A stretch of 40,869 bases of DNA from a bacterium. GTDB lineage: Bacteria > Patescibacteriota > Microgenomatia > Daviesbacterales > UBA10151. The notes below the pieces were generated by a model. The model was not told where the DNA came from and made no database searches. It worked only from the letters and a program-made list of their open reading frames with translations. The translations under genes were made by a program, and so were the position numbers. Below are positions 25,387-34,625 of this stretch, in pieces; within the stretch, counting starts at the first letter, position 1, and each line of letters opens with the position of its first letter. The DNA lies in NCBI GenBank assembly GCA_021786105.1, contig JAJYNW010000013.1, positions 1 through 40,869 on the forward strand. Reading direction: 5' to 3'.

Positions 25387-26512
25387 TTTGACCATTCTCT
25401 ACCTTTAAAATCCTGGCTGAGTCTAAAAATGACTGCGGAATATTTTCCAGTTCCACGGTGGCAATCACTGTTTGCTGTTTGGAAACCACCTCCACCACAT
25501 GAGCCCGGTGAGAAGCATCTAGTTCAGAAAATACATCGTCTAGCAATAGTATTGGTCTGGTACCCAAAATTTGAGCCATGTATTCCAACTGGGCCAATTT
25601 AAAAGCCAGAGTGGCAGTTCTATGTTCCCCTCGGGAGCCAAATTTAGCTACATTCCTACCATTGTCATTCTGAGGAGTCTTCGACGAAGAATCTCCCACG
25701 GATGTGGGACTCAAACTAGTTGAGAGATCCTTCACTTCGTTCAGGATGACAATACGGAAATCATCCCGGTGCGGCCCAATTAAAGTCGCTGCCGCTGCTA
25801 TTTCCCGCTCCTGCGTTTGAACCAACTTTTCTTCAGAAACCTTGTTTGGAAGATACTCAAACCGAAATTCTCCTAAGGGTTTTTCCAAAGTATTGATAAA
25901 CTCAAAAAAAGCCAGCCTTTTTGTTGAAATAATTTGCCCGTTTTCCACTAGACCGGCAGTCCAATAATCCAGCTCATCCTTCCTCCCCTGCCCTTCCCTA
26001 ATTCTTTTTAATACCCTGTTTCGAGCGGTTAAAAATTGCTCATAATTTGTCAAAGCTTTTTTATACTCATGATCAACTTGAACCAAAGCCAAATCCAAAT
26101 GCCATCGCCGTAAACTGGGTGATCCGGTCACCATATTAATATCAGAGGGGTAAAAAATAATCGCCGGCAGGTGACCAATAAAATCCACTACCCTACGGGA
26201 AATTCCATTAACCAATACTTTCTTTTTAAACCCCACCTCCTTAGATGGCCTGTTGATAATTACCAGCAACTCAGTTTCCCCTGTGTTTGTCAAAAAACCC
26301 TCAACCCTTGTAAACTCTTCCCCTTTTTTGATCAGTTCATCCTCAGTTTCCACCCGCAGGGATTTGGTGGTAGACAGTAGATAAATTGCCTCCAAAATAT
26401 TGGATTTACCAGCCGCATTGTTGCCGACTAGGATGGTGGGACGGGTATCAAAGTCAAGCTCTAGATTAGAATAGTTGCGAAAATTGGTTAAATTTAGCTT
26501 TTTCAAAAACAT
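25376..26512 (-). CDS. recF: DNA replication/repair protein RecF
   Basis: NFRNY, GNNAAGKSN, GSPSLRR, GPHRDD, GSRGE, LLLDDVFSELD. Confidence 0.95.
   Translation of the reverse strand: MFLKKLNLTNFRNYSNLELDFDTRPTILVGNNAAGKSNILEAIYLLSTTKSLRVETEDELIKKGEEFTRVEGFLTNTGETELLVIINRPSKEVGFKKKVLVNGISRRVVDFIGHLPAIIFYPSDINMVTGSPSLRRWHLDLALVQVDHEYKKALTNYEQFLTARNRVLKRIREGQGRKDELDYWTAGLVENGQIISTKRLAFFEFINTLEKPLGEFRFEYLPNKVSEEKLVQTQEREIAAAATLIGPHRDDFRIVILNEVKDLSTSLSPTSVGDSSSKTPQNDNGRNVAKFGSRGEHRTATLAFKLAQLEYMAQILGTRPILLLDDVFSELDASHRAHVVEVVSKQQTVIATVELENIPQSFLDSARILKVENGQITS
25664..25750. repeat. GTCAT-family element in-frame in recF
   Basis: GTCATTCTGAGGAGTCTTCGACGAAGAATCT...AGATCCTTCACTTCGTTCAGGATGAC; 87 bp. 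Confidence 0.92.
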
Positions 26513-26558
26513 ATCTGGGCAGATATTATCATAAATTTAGCGAAGGGAAGTGGTCTTA

Positions 26559-26711
26559 AGCGAGTAAATAAGCAAAACGCACGTTCTCGACTGTTTGAGC
26601 CAGGCGAGATTAACCAAAACGCACAAGCTTTGACGTGCGTGACGTTAATCGAGCCGGTTCCGAGCGAAGCGAGGAAGGCGAGTTGGAGAACAAGTTTTGC
26701 ATTTGCGAGCT
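26559..26711 (+). other. Intergenic multi-branched palindromic element with repeated tandem GA mismatches
   Basis: Nested stems gcaaaac/gttttgc, gttctc/gagaac, gattaac/gttaatc, acgcac/gtgcgt, ttcc-GA-GCGAAGC-GA-ggaa. Confidence 0.75.
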
Positions 26712-26718
26712 AGTTAAC

Positions 26719-28098
26719 TCATTTCCCTTCCCAATGCCCCAAGCCCAAAAATTCCCGGATCCGATAGGACAAGTGTTCTTTTTTGAAAAACAAACTAGGT
26801 TTTAAACCAAACAAGCCAGCCAATATCACCACTACCCCGATCCCGACAAATATCGGCGCCGTACCGAATATATCAGCCAGGACGCCAGCCACCACAATCG
26901 GTACCAAAGATAATCCGGACATGGCCACCCCCAACACTGAAAAAACCTTACCCCGATCTTTCTCGGATGTGTTTTCCTGTAGCGTGGTTTGTGAGGGCAC
27001 TAAAATGGACACCATGGCAATCCCCAACAAAAATGATCCGACAAAAAGAATCTTTGATAAAGATGGTTGGTAAAAAAACGGCACCGGTCTGGCATGCCGG
27101 AAATATTGGATAGCCGGAGAAACAAACGGTGCAATGCCGACCAAAAACGCCAGTATTCCTCCCAGCAAGATCCCCTTGGCCACCAGCCTTCTTCTGACCA
27201 ACCTATTTCCGAACTTGCCCAAAATTACTCCTCCGGTCACAATCCCCAACCCTAGTGGGATGACTAAAACATAGGAGGCGTCGGTAGCTTTAATCTGTAA
27301 AGATTTTTCCAAAAACCCCGGCATGAGCACTGCCAAAATACCCGCCCCCATTTGCACGCCGGCCAGTATCACAATTGAGGTTAAAACCGGTAATTTTCCT
27401 CTAATCGATCTGATAGTATCCCGAATCTCCGCCGTACCGATTTTCCAAATATTGGCATAATGCTTTTCTTTCAAGGCTAAAATAAATTTTTTGCCCTGCT
27501 CGTCCGGGACAGCAGTGATGGAAGGAAACATCAAAGATAAGAAAAATGCTATTCCCAACACTATTCCGCCTAAGGCAAAGACAAAATCAATACCCAGGTG
27601 ATTAATCAAAGGACCGGCCAAACCAAAACCAATCAAAAAAGCCGAATAAAGGGTGGCAGAAAAGATAGAGTTGGCGGTTAATAATTGGTTTTTCTTAACC
27701 ACAATGGGAATAGCGGAAGCCTCAGCCGGGGCATAAAATTGGGCCAAAGCATTGATCAAAAAAGTCACCAGCAAAATCAACGGCAAACTACCCTTGACAA
27801 AAATCAGGCTTAAAAATAACAGGCTTAAACCAAAATCAATTCCCATGATAATCTTTTTCCGGTCGATCACATCCACCAATACTCCACTAAATAAACCCAA
27901 AATGACTGCCGGCAGGTAAATTGCCAAAATTAAAGCTGATACGGCCGTATTGGAATCAGTTAGTTTAAATACCCACAGGATCAGGGTGAAATTTAAGGAA
28001 TTAAAAGACAGTTGAACTAAGATCTGATTGACCCAAAGATTTAAAAACCCAGGGTTGGCAATCACCGAGGTAAATGTTGGTTTCTCGCTCATAGCCAT
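26719..28098 (-). CDS. MFS transporter
   Basis: About 12 hydrophobic segments; SGVLVDVIDRKK motif A; TTLQENT....RGKVFS. Confidence 0.9.
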   Translation of the reverse strand: MAMSEKPTFTSVIANPGFLNLWVNQILVQLSFNSLNFTLILWVFKLTDSNTAVSALILAIYLPAVILGLFSGVLVDVIDRKKIIMGIDFGLSLLFLSLIFVKGSLPLILLVTFLINALAQFYAPAEASAIPIVVKKNQLLTANSIFSATLYSAFLIGFGLAGPLINHLGIDFVFALGGIVLGIAFFLSLMFPSITAVPDEQGKKFILALKEKHYANIWKIGTAEIRDTIRSIRGKLPVLTSIVILAGVQMGAGILAVLMPGFLEKSLQIKATDASYVLVIPLGLGIVTGGVILGKFGNRLVRRRLVAKGILLGGILAFLVGIAPFVSPAIQYFRHARPVPFFYQPSLSKILFVGSFLLGIAMVSILVPSQTTLQENTSEKDRGKVFSVLGVAMSGLSLVPIVVAGVLADIFGTAPIFVGIGVVVILAGLFGLKPSLFFKKEHLSYRIREFLGLGHWEGK

Positions 28099-28103
28099 TG
28101 GAT

Positions 28104-28195
28104 ATTATAACTCGCCAGAGTTACAAGAGCGAGATGTAATCGAAGCGATTATAACTCGCCAGAGTTACAAGAGCGAGATGTAATCGAAGCGATTA
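28104..28195. repeat. Perfect 44-bp direct tandem duplication
   Basis: ATTATAACTCGCCAGAGTTACAAGAGCGAGATGTAATCGAAGCG at 28104-28147 and 28148-28191, plus ATTA. Confidence 0.95.
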
Positions 28196-28270
28196 ACAAC
28201 TTAAAAAAAGTAAACAGACTAGCTTTTCTCACATAATTGCAGTATATTACGGCTGAAAATAAATAAATCT

Positions 28271-29101
28271 ATGCTCGAATCACTACAAAAATCACCCGGC
28301 GACATATCTAAGATTAGAAGCACACCTGAGGAGGTAATAACGGAACGACTCTATTTGCTGCGAGGATTTGTCAACACAGGAAGAAGGTTAAGTATACTAG
28401 GAGTTGATGAAATAGCTCAGCACCTGAATGAGACACGAACCCGCTTTCCGCGTTTTTGGCCTGATCAGAACTACCAACCATCAGTAGGAACATTAAAAAT
28501 ACTGGCAAGCTCTTTTAAACTTACTGAACGGGAAGGAGAAATACTTGAGTCAGTAGTTTTAGGACAAACCTCAAAAAGAATAGGGACTGGCTTTCACCTA
28601 TCCCCTAAGACTGTTGAAAATTATAGAAACCACATACTTAAAAAATTAGACGTACGGTCGCACTCAGAACTAACAGTGAGAATGATAAACGATGGATGGT
28701 TTAATGCTGGTACATTAGCCCAAAAATTGGAATGTAGCACTGAAGAGGTCCAAGAACCAACCGGAGAAAAGAACGAAACAAGTGTTGAAATATCACAAAT
28801 CCTAACCATCACAGGAAAGCTTCTGAAAACATTTGAAACTATTGGACTTAAGAAAAAATTAGAATACAACGCTGGCGGAGTCCAAAAGTTAACTCCAGGA
28901 GAAGAGAGAGTTTTAAAAGCTATGGCTGAAAAAGGAGGCCGGATTCAAGATGTAGCTAACACTCTTAACCTTTCTAGCAAAACAGTTGAAAATTATTTAT
29001 ATAGAAGCCGCAGAAGATTTGGGGCAAAAAATAGCATCGAATTACTTATTAAGTTTATGGCAGAACAAGAAAGAAATAATGGAGCCCAAGATTATGTTTG
29101 A
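28271..29101 (+). CDS. Transcriptional regulator with two LuxR-type HTH domains
   Basis: LTEREGEIL...LSPKTVENYRNHILKKL and LTPGEERVL...LSSKTVENYL. Confidence 0.8.
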   Translation: MLESLQKSPGDISKIRSTPEEVITERLYLLRGFVNTGRRLSILGVDEIAQHLNETRTRFPRFWPDQNYQPSVGTLKILASSFKLTEREGEILESVVLGQTSKRIGTGFHLSPKTVENYRNHILKKLDVRSHSELTVRMINDGWFNAGTLAQKLECSTEEVQEPTGEKNETSVEISQILTITGKLLKTFETIGLKKKLEYNAGGVQKLTPGEERVLKAMAEKGGRIQDVANTLNLSSKTVENYLYRSRRRFGAKNSIELLIKFMAEQERNNGAQDYV

Positions 29102-29943
29102 CAACTGGGGCAAAAGTATGTACCACGACCAGCGAGTGTAATTTTTTTGACCTTGCCCGGGCAACTCTTACATGGATACCCTTCCTTCCAATAAACATTG
29201 GCATAATCCAAAAAGTAGCCCTTGCGTCCTTCCGCATCGACAAAATGAACTCGGGTGGAGCCGCCGTATTTAAGACCGTCCTGAAGCGCCTTAACGATTC
29301 CTGTATACAGCCTCTTGAATTGATCGTCAGACATATTGCCCACTTTGGTGCGGGGATCCAACCTAGCATTAAAACAAGCCTCGTTGGCATAGATGTTCCC
29401 CACTCCGGCCACCACCGACTGGTCCATGATCGCCACTTTCACCGGCTGAGTTTTATGCTTTAACAAATTCTGTTTTAAAACCTGCCAGGCAAACCCTTTG
29501 TCCAAAGGTTCCGGACCTAAATTCTTAAGTACGCTTTCCCTGGCCATCTGTTGGCTGGCCACCACCCTGACCCAGCCAAAACGGCGCTGGTCATTAAAAT
29601 ATAAATGTGAGCCATCGACAAAGGAAAATATTACCCTGGTATGCGGATTCGGCATCTGACCCAACATATCCTCAGTCGGATGCCCGCCGATAAATTTACT
29701 GTTGCCTTCCCATACCAGCTGGCCGGACATTTTTAGATGGAATAACAGGCTGACATTACCACTTAGATCCATGCCTAAAATCTTGGCTCTTCGCCAAACT
29801 TTGAGCACTTTTTGTCCCTCTGCTTGATTGGGATTTCCGATGAAAGATTTTGGGGAAAGAATCTGGATTTTTTGGATTTTTAACCCGATAATCTTTTTCT
29901 CTAAACCCAGTTTAATTGTTTCAACTTCGGGAAGTTCTGGCAT
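29092..29943 (-). CDS. mutM: Formamidopyrimidine-DNA glycosylase/AP lyase
   Basis: MPELPEVE, HLKMSG, D.RRFG, GVGNIYANE, C-terminal CxxC...CxxC zinc finger. Confidence 0.96.
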   Translation of the reverse strand: MPELPEVETIKLGLEKKIIGLKIQKIQILSPKSFIGNPNQAEGQKVLKVWRRAKILGMDLSGNVSLLFHLKMSGQLVWEGNSKFIGGHPTEDMLGQMPNPHTRVIFSFVDGSHLYFNDQRRFGWVRVVASQQMARESVLKNLGPEPLDKGFAWQVLKQNLLKHKTQPVKVAIMDQSVVAGVGNIYANEACFNARLDPRTKVGNMSDDQFKRLYTGIVKALQDGLKYGGSTRVHFVDAEGRKGYFLDYANVYWKEGYPCKSCPGKVKKITLAGRGTYFCPSCQT

Positions 29944-30235
29944 GAGGATATTTTACTACATCGTGGTAAATAATCGCTGCCCTTTGAAAAAACTCTTCTA
30001 ATCTTGTAACAGCAATACGAAAATTCGGCAAGCTAATTTTGAAAGATTTGGTAGCTTGCTGCGACGCTTCAGGAGCTTCTGGTTTATCAATAGAAACCCT
30101 TAAAGCCTCCCGCCTTCTGTATTGAACTAAACTGAAATTCTTTGTATATCCAGGGGGCAGACCACAACGGTCTTCATTTCTTCTGTACCAACTCCTAACC
30201 TCTTTAACCGCTTCTCGTTGTTCAACCGAAGCCAT
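29921..30235 (-). CDS. Hypothetical protein
   Basis: 104-aa ORF filling the gap; TTGACA-18-TAGATT upstream. Confidence 0.5.
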   Translation of the reverse strand: MASVEQREAVKEVRSWYRRNEDRCGLPPGYTKNFSLVQYRRREALRVSIDKPEAPEASQQATKSFKISLPNFRIAVTRLEEFFQRAAIIYHDVVKYPHARTSRS

Positions 30236-30295
30236 ATTTTAATCTAGACCCTTTCTTGAAATCTTGTCAATACCAACTTCTGCTATACTTTAATC

Positions 30296-30880
30296 ATGCT
30301 CAATGAAAACTTTGTGATCGTCGGGTTTATTATTCAAGCGTTGGGCAGTATAAAATATCTTACTGAAACGCTTCAGGGAAAAGTTAAACCAAATAAAATC
30401 ACTCTCTTCTTGTGGTCACTGGCTCCACTAATTGCTTTTGCTGCCGAAATTAAGCAAGGCGTGGGCATTCAATCATTGCTGACTTTTGGCATAGGTTTTT
30501 TCCCTTTATTGATTTTTGTTGCCTCATTTTTTAATAAGAAAGCTCATTGGAAATTGAGCAGCTTTGATTTCGCGTGCGGAGGCCTATCTCTAATTGGTCT
30601 ACTCCTCTGGTATATAACAAAAACAGGTAACATCGCGATAATCTTTGCCTTGCTTGCCGACGGACTAGCCTCCCTGCCCGCAATTATCAAAACCTACCGT
30701 TATCCGGAAACTGAATACAGCTGGACATATTTTGCCGCCTTTATTAGTGCATTACTAACCATATCTACCATCAAAGTTTGGAATCTGGCCAATTATGGTT
30801 TCCCCTTTTCAACCATAGTTATTAACTTTACTATTTTCTCTTTTGCCCAATTCAAATTCGGCAAAGTTAAATCAGCTTAA
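30296..30880 (+). CDS. Hypothetical polytopic membrane protein (possibly PQ-loop-like)
   Basis: 6-7 hydrophobic helices; GKVKPN and KTYRYPETE; TGcTATACT 6 nt upstream. Confidence 0.75.
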   Translation: MLNENFVIVGFIIQALGSIKYLTETLQGKVKPNKITLFLWSLAPLIAFAAEIKQGVGIQSLLTFGIGFFPLLIFVASFFNKKAHWKLSSFDFACGGLSLIGLLLWYITKTGNIAIIFALLADGLASLPAIIKTYRYPETEYSWTYFAAFISALLTISTIKVWNLANYGFPFSTIVINFTIFSFAQFKFGKVKSA

Positions 30881-31649
30881 CTAACCTGCCGCTTCTTAAA
30901 GCATTCCTGAGAGTATAGCCAAAAAAGGCTAAAGAGGCAGTCAGGTAGATTGCATTCAAAATCAAGGCCGCCCAAAAGTTATTATAGTCAAACTGGCCGG
31001 TTTTAAAAGCAAACCTCATCCCCTCAAAAACATGAGAAATAGGAATCACAAAAGCGATCTTTTGAAAAATAGGCGGCAAAATAGAAATAGGATAAAAAAC
31101 TGCCGCAAAAGGCTGAATAAAGAAGGGTAAAATCCAAGTTAATGGTCCGATTGAATGCCCGTACCTTAAAATCAAGGAGACATTAAAAATTCCAAAAGCT
31201 ACGGCAAAGATAAATAGATTAACCCAAAGAAGAGCTAAACCAAACCCCAGGCTGGTAATTTGGAAATTATAAAAGATCCCGGCCATCAGCCACATCGATG
31301 TTAAGGCAATCATGATTTTGATAAAACTGATCGCCAAAAGCCCAGTGATAAATTCCAAAAATGTGATAGGCGAGGCAAAAAGATTAATAACATTACGGTC
31401 CCAAATTTCAAACATAAAATTTACCCCAATATCTGTCGAGACTTTTTCAAAAACTACCCACAAAATCATTCCTCCCAACAAAAATGCTGCAAAGGTTTGA
31501 GACTGAATGCTTTGTACATATGTGGACAAAAATCCCCACAAAATCAATACCAGCACCGGTGAAATTATCACATCAAAAAACCTCTCCAGTTGATGCATAG
31601 TTGTAAAAATGTGACGTAAAATAATGGCAAAAACTCTATTAAAGTTCAT
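30867..31649 (-). CDS. ABC-2 type transporter permease
   Basis: FYPISILP..FQ.IA..IP.SHVFEGMR; start at 31649 with GAGGGG SD. Confidence 0.88.
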   Translation of the reverse strand: MNFNRVFAIILRHIFTTMHQLERFFDVIISPVLVLILWGFLSTYVQSIQSQTFAAFLLGGMILWVVFEKVSTDIGVNFMFEIWDRNVINLFASPITFLEFITGLLAISFIKIMIALTSMWLMAGIFYNFQITSLGFGLALLWVNLFIFAVAFGIFNVSLILRYGHSIGPLTWILPFFIQPFAAVFYPISILPPIFQKIAFVIPISHVFEGMRFAFKTGQFDYNNFWAALILNAIYLTASLAFFGYTLRNALRSGRLVKLI

Positions 31650-32394
31650 CTGTCCCCCTCGATAAATGAATGAACACATCCCGCAAATTCGGTTCTTCCC
31701 CTTCTAATTTGAGTACATTTTGTGTCAACTCCAAAGGCGTACCCCGGGCAATAATCTTGCCGTGATTGATAAAAATCACCTGGTTGGCAATTTCTTCTAT
31801 TTCCCACATATTGTGGGAGGTATATAAAACAGTAATCCCCTCTTCTTTCTGGATCCGTTTCAGCAAATTAATTCCTTTATCCACCACATCTGGATCCATC
31901 GAAGCCATTGGTTCGTCCAAAAGCAGCAACCGAGGCTTATTTAGCAAAGCTTTACAGAGGCTGGCCCTGGCCCGAAGACCGGTAGAAAGATCGCGCGTGG
32001 CTTTATCTTTCAGATGTGTCATTTCAAAGATATCCAAAAGCTCATTAATCCTTTTTTTAGCCTCAGGTACTTCGTACAACTTGGCGTATACATATAAATT
32101 CTCCCAAACAGACAAATTCCATGGCAAATAAAAATCTGCCGAGGCGTAATTTACTTCTTTAAAAATCTCGCTCCTATTTTTTATTACGTCTTTACCAAAA
32201 ATATTTATTTGGCCTGAATCAGACACAATCAAACCCAAAATACAATAAATCGAAGTAGACTTCCCTGCCCCATTCGGCCCCAAAAACCCCAAAATCTCCC
32301 CTTCCTTTATTTCAAAAGAAATATCATTAATGGCTGTAAAGTCATTGAATTTTTTAACCAGATTTTTAACTTCCAGTATAACTTTTTTATCCAT
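31639..32394 (-). CDS. ABC transporter ATP-binding protein
   Basis: GPNGAGKS, LSTG signature, LLLLDEP, TSH. Confidence 0.92.
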   Translation of the reverse strand: MDKKVILEVKNLVKKFNDFTAINDISFEIKEGEILGFLGPNGAGKSTSIYCILGLIVSDSGQINIFGKDVIKNRSEIFKEVNYASADFYLPWNLSVWENLYVYAKLYEVPEAKKRINELLDIFEMTHLKDKATRDLSTGLRARASLCKALLNKPRLLLLDEPMASMDPDVVDKGINLLKRIQKEEGITVLYTSHNMWEIEEIANQVIFINHGKIIARGTPLELTQNVLKLEGEEPNLRDVFIHLSRGTDEL

Positions 32395-32406
32395 ATACTT
32401 TTCCTA

Positions 32407-32523
32407 GTCATCCCGACGAATGTCGGGATCCAATTAAACACGAGCGGTAAAAGTATTCAAGTGGAAAGTTTAAATTTCCAACCACCCACTTCTAAATTGG
32501 ATTCCTGCCTTCGCAGGAATGAC
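32407..32523. repeat. GTCAT-family element (intergenic inverted pair)
   Basis: GTCATCCCGACGAATGTCGGGATCCAATTA (identical to 1728-1757) ... TGGATTCCTGCCTTCGCAGGAATGAC. Confidence 0.92.
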
Positions 32524-32563
32524 AAATACTATTGTAGATTAGATTAAAACTAATAACTAGAGG

Positions 32564-33556
32564 TTAGACGGATTTTATAGATCTGGCTTGGGAGACTTTT
32601 TGAGCTCTGTCATAAAAAGCTTGTTGGGCAGTGGGAACACTTTCTTCTTTACCAACCCAAGTAGTTAAGGCTTCATCCTGCAGCGCCCGGCCATAGGAAT
32701 AAGACAATTGCCAGGGGCCGCCAATTTTGTTAATTTCAGCCAGGTTTTCCGTAGCCTCATCCGGGCTTTGACCACCTGACAAAAAGACTATTCCGGGTAC
32801 TTCAGCCGGCACCACTTCCTTAAATGTTTCCACGGTGGCTTTGGCAATCTCTGAAGCGATGGCTTTTACAGTAGATTCTTTGCCGGAAATCACCATATTC
32901 GGCTTTAGAATCATTCCCTCTAAAATCGCTTTATGAGCTGTTAATTTAGCAAAAACCGCTTTCAAAGTCTTTTTAGTCACTTCCTGGCACCTAGCCAAGT
33001 CATGCCCCCCATCCATCAAAACTTCCGGCTCCACAATCGGCACAATATCTTGTTCCTGGCAAAGGACAGCATATTGAGCTAAGCTTTCTGCATTAGATTC
33101 AATACAAGTATCAGACGGTATTCCCGCCCCAATGGCAATCACTGCCCGCCATTTGGCAAACTTGGCACCCAATTCCTTATACTCTGCTAATCTATCCCGC
33201 AGTCCGTCTAACCCTTCCGTAATCTTTTCCCCCGGAAAATTAGCCATATCTACAGCCCCTTTATCAACTTTAATACCTGGTAAAATTCCTTTACTTTGCA
33301 AATATTGTGGGACCGGCTGGCCGTCAATGGACTGCCGGATGGTTTCATCATACAAAATTACCCCGGAGATAAACTCCTCTACCCCAAGGGTGGTAAACAA
33401 CATTTGCCGGTAAGCCAGGTTGGTTTCCGGATTGGATTGTACGCCGATCTTTTCCAGCCTCTTTTGAATGGTTTTTGTGGATTCATCAGCCGCCAGAATG
33501 CCTTTACTCGGCGCCACCATTGCTTGAGCTGTTGTTTTTAAAACATTAATATCCAT
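32564..33556 (-). CDS. Fructose-bisphosphate aldolase class I
   Basis: GILAADES, GIKVDKG, FAKWR, VPIVEPEV, LKPNMV (Schiff-base Lys), FLSGGQS, SYGRALQ. Confidence 0.94.
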   Translation of the reverse strand: MDINVLKTTAQAMVAPSKGILAADESTKTIQKRLEKIGVQSNPETNLAYRQMLFTTLGVEEFISGVILYDETIRQSIDGQPVPQYLQSKGILPGIKVDKGAVDMANFPGEKITEGLDGLRDRLAEYKELGAKFAKWRAVIAIGAGIPSDTCIESNAESLAQYAVLCQEQDIVPIVEPEVLMDGGHDLARCQEVTKKTLKAVFAKLTAHKAILEGMILKPNMVISGKESTVKAIASEIAKATVETFKEVVPAEVPGIVFLSGGQSPDEATENLAEINKIGGPWQLSYSYGRALQDEALTTWVGKEESVPTAQQAFYDRAQKVSQARSIKSV

Positions 33557-33635
33557 CTTCTCTTATTATCCCACACTTAATACAGAACCTGTACCAGTAA
33601 TTATTTGTATAGTCCCTGACTTCGCAGGGATGATT

Positions 33636-34616
33636 CTAGTGGTGCGTTTTGGTATTTATATTTGCACCACTGGAATCAACTGTCAAGGTTATAACCTCAT
33701 TCCCACTATCTTTTTCTGTTACTCTTGGCAGATCAAACCATTTATTATCACCGGTGATTGAAGATATTGATACCAAACAATCCTCCTTTTTACCGGCCAC
33801 CAGATCCTCTATGGTCCATCTTTTGGCCTCGATCTGTTTGTCTGGCCGCCAAGCTCTCCCCTCGCCAACCGCGCCCAATGCTTTGGCCGCCACCGCCGCC
33901 AATATTCCTTCTTCAAACCCGCCAATTCCCATGACCAGATGTATTCCTTTTTTATGCTCTTTAGGATCGACACAGGACAGAATTGAGGGTAAAAAGTCTC
34001 CGGCTTTCACTAATATTAAATTAACTCCAAATTTCTGGCAGGCATTAATATAGTGGGCATTCCGGTCCCGGTCCATCATTACAATATTAATTTCTGCCGG
34101 CTTTATCCCAAACACTTCCACCACTGTGGCCAAATTTTCCTCAATCGGTTTATTTAAAGAAATTTTTCCCTTCAGCTGGGGCGGACCAAATAATTTGTCC
34201 ATGTAATCAATATCGGACGGTGTTGGCATTAAACCCTGATGCGAACCCACAGCGATTACTGACATGGCTCCCGAAGTATTTAATTTGGCAGCCTTGGACC
34301 CTTCCACCACATCATTAACCATATCCAGCTTGTAATCACCGGAACCAAAAGTTCCCATCAAAGTCGGCAAGGCTTCCCCGTACTGGTGAATATGCTTCCT
34401 GCCTTCTGAACCCACCACCTCCAGTACAAAGGGGATATCAGTCAAAGCCGCATACATAGCATCCACTCCCGCCTGATCAATCAGTTTTTCCCGGGCTTTG
34501 GATTCTTCCTCAGTTAATAAATCATGTAGTGTAAAACCTTTTTCCTGAATAAGCCTCCACACAGATAAAGCAGTTAATTCTGTAGCACGGTTGATGTGGT
34601 CTTTAACTTTTACCAT
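33636..34616 (-). CDS. glpX: Fructose-1,6-bisphosphatase class II (divergent GlpX)
   Basis: DQAGVDAM, VVGSEG, DVVEG, YMDKL, MDRDRN, MGIGG.EEGILAA; next to the aldolase. Confidence 0.8.
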   Translation of the reverse strand: MVKVKDHINRATELTALSVWRLIQEKGFTLHDLLTEEESKAREKLIDQAGVDAMYAALTDIPFVLEVVGSEGRKHIHQYGEALPTLMGTFGSGDYKLDMVNDVVEGSKAAKLNTSGAMSVIAVGSHQGLMPTPSDIDYMDKLFGPPQLKGKISLNKPIEENLATVVEVFGIKPAEINIVMMDRDRNAHYINACQKFGVNLILVKAGDFLPSILSCVDPKEHKKGIHLVMGIGGFEEGILAAVAAKALGAVGEGRAWRPDKQIEAKRWTIEDLVAGKKEDCLVSISSITGDNKWFDLPRVTEKDSGNEVITLTVDSSGANINTKTHH

Positions 34617-34625
34617 ATTTCAATA

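Noticed and set aside
28104-28195. Possible CRISPR array
   Set aside because: Only two abutting identical units with no spacer; no cas genes in the window
29540-29562. Possible heptamer tract in mutM (ctggccat ctgttgg ctggcca)
   Set aside because: Too short and irregular to distinguish from chance
33612-33634. GTCCCTGACTTCGCAGGGATGAT after the glpX stop
   Set aside because: Probably a decayed single GTCAT-family arm, but both ends are mutated and there is no partner; not counted as a full element or a terminator
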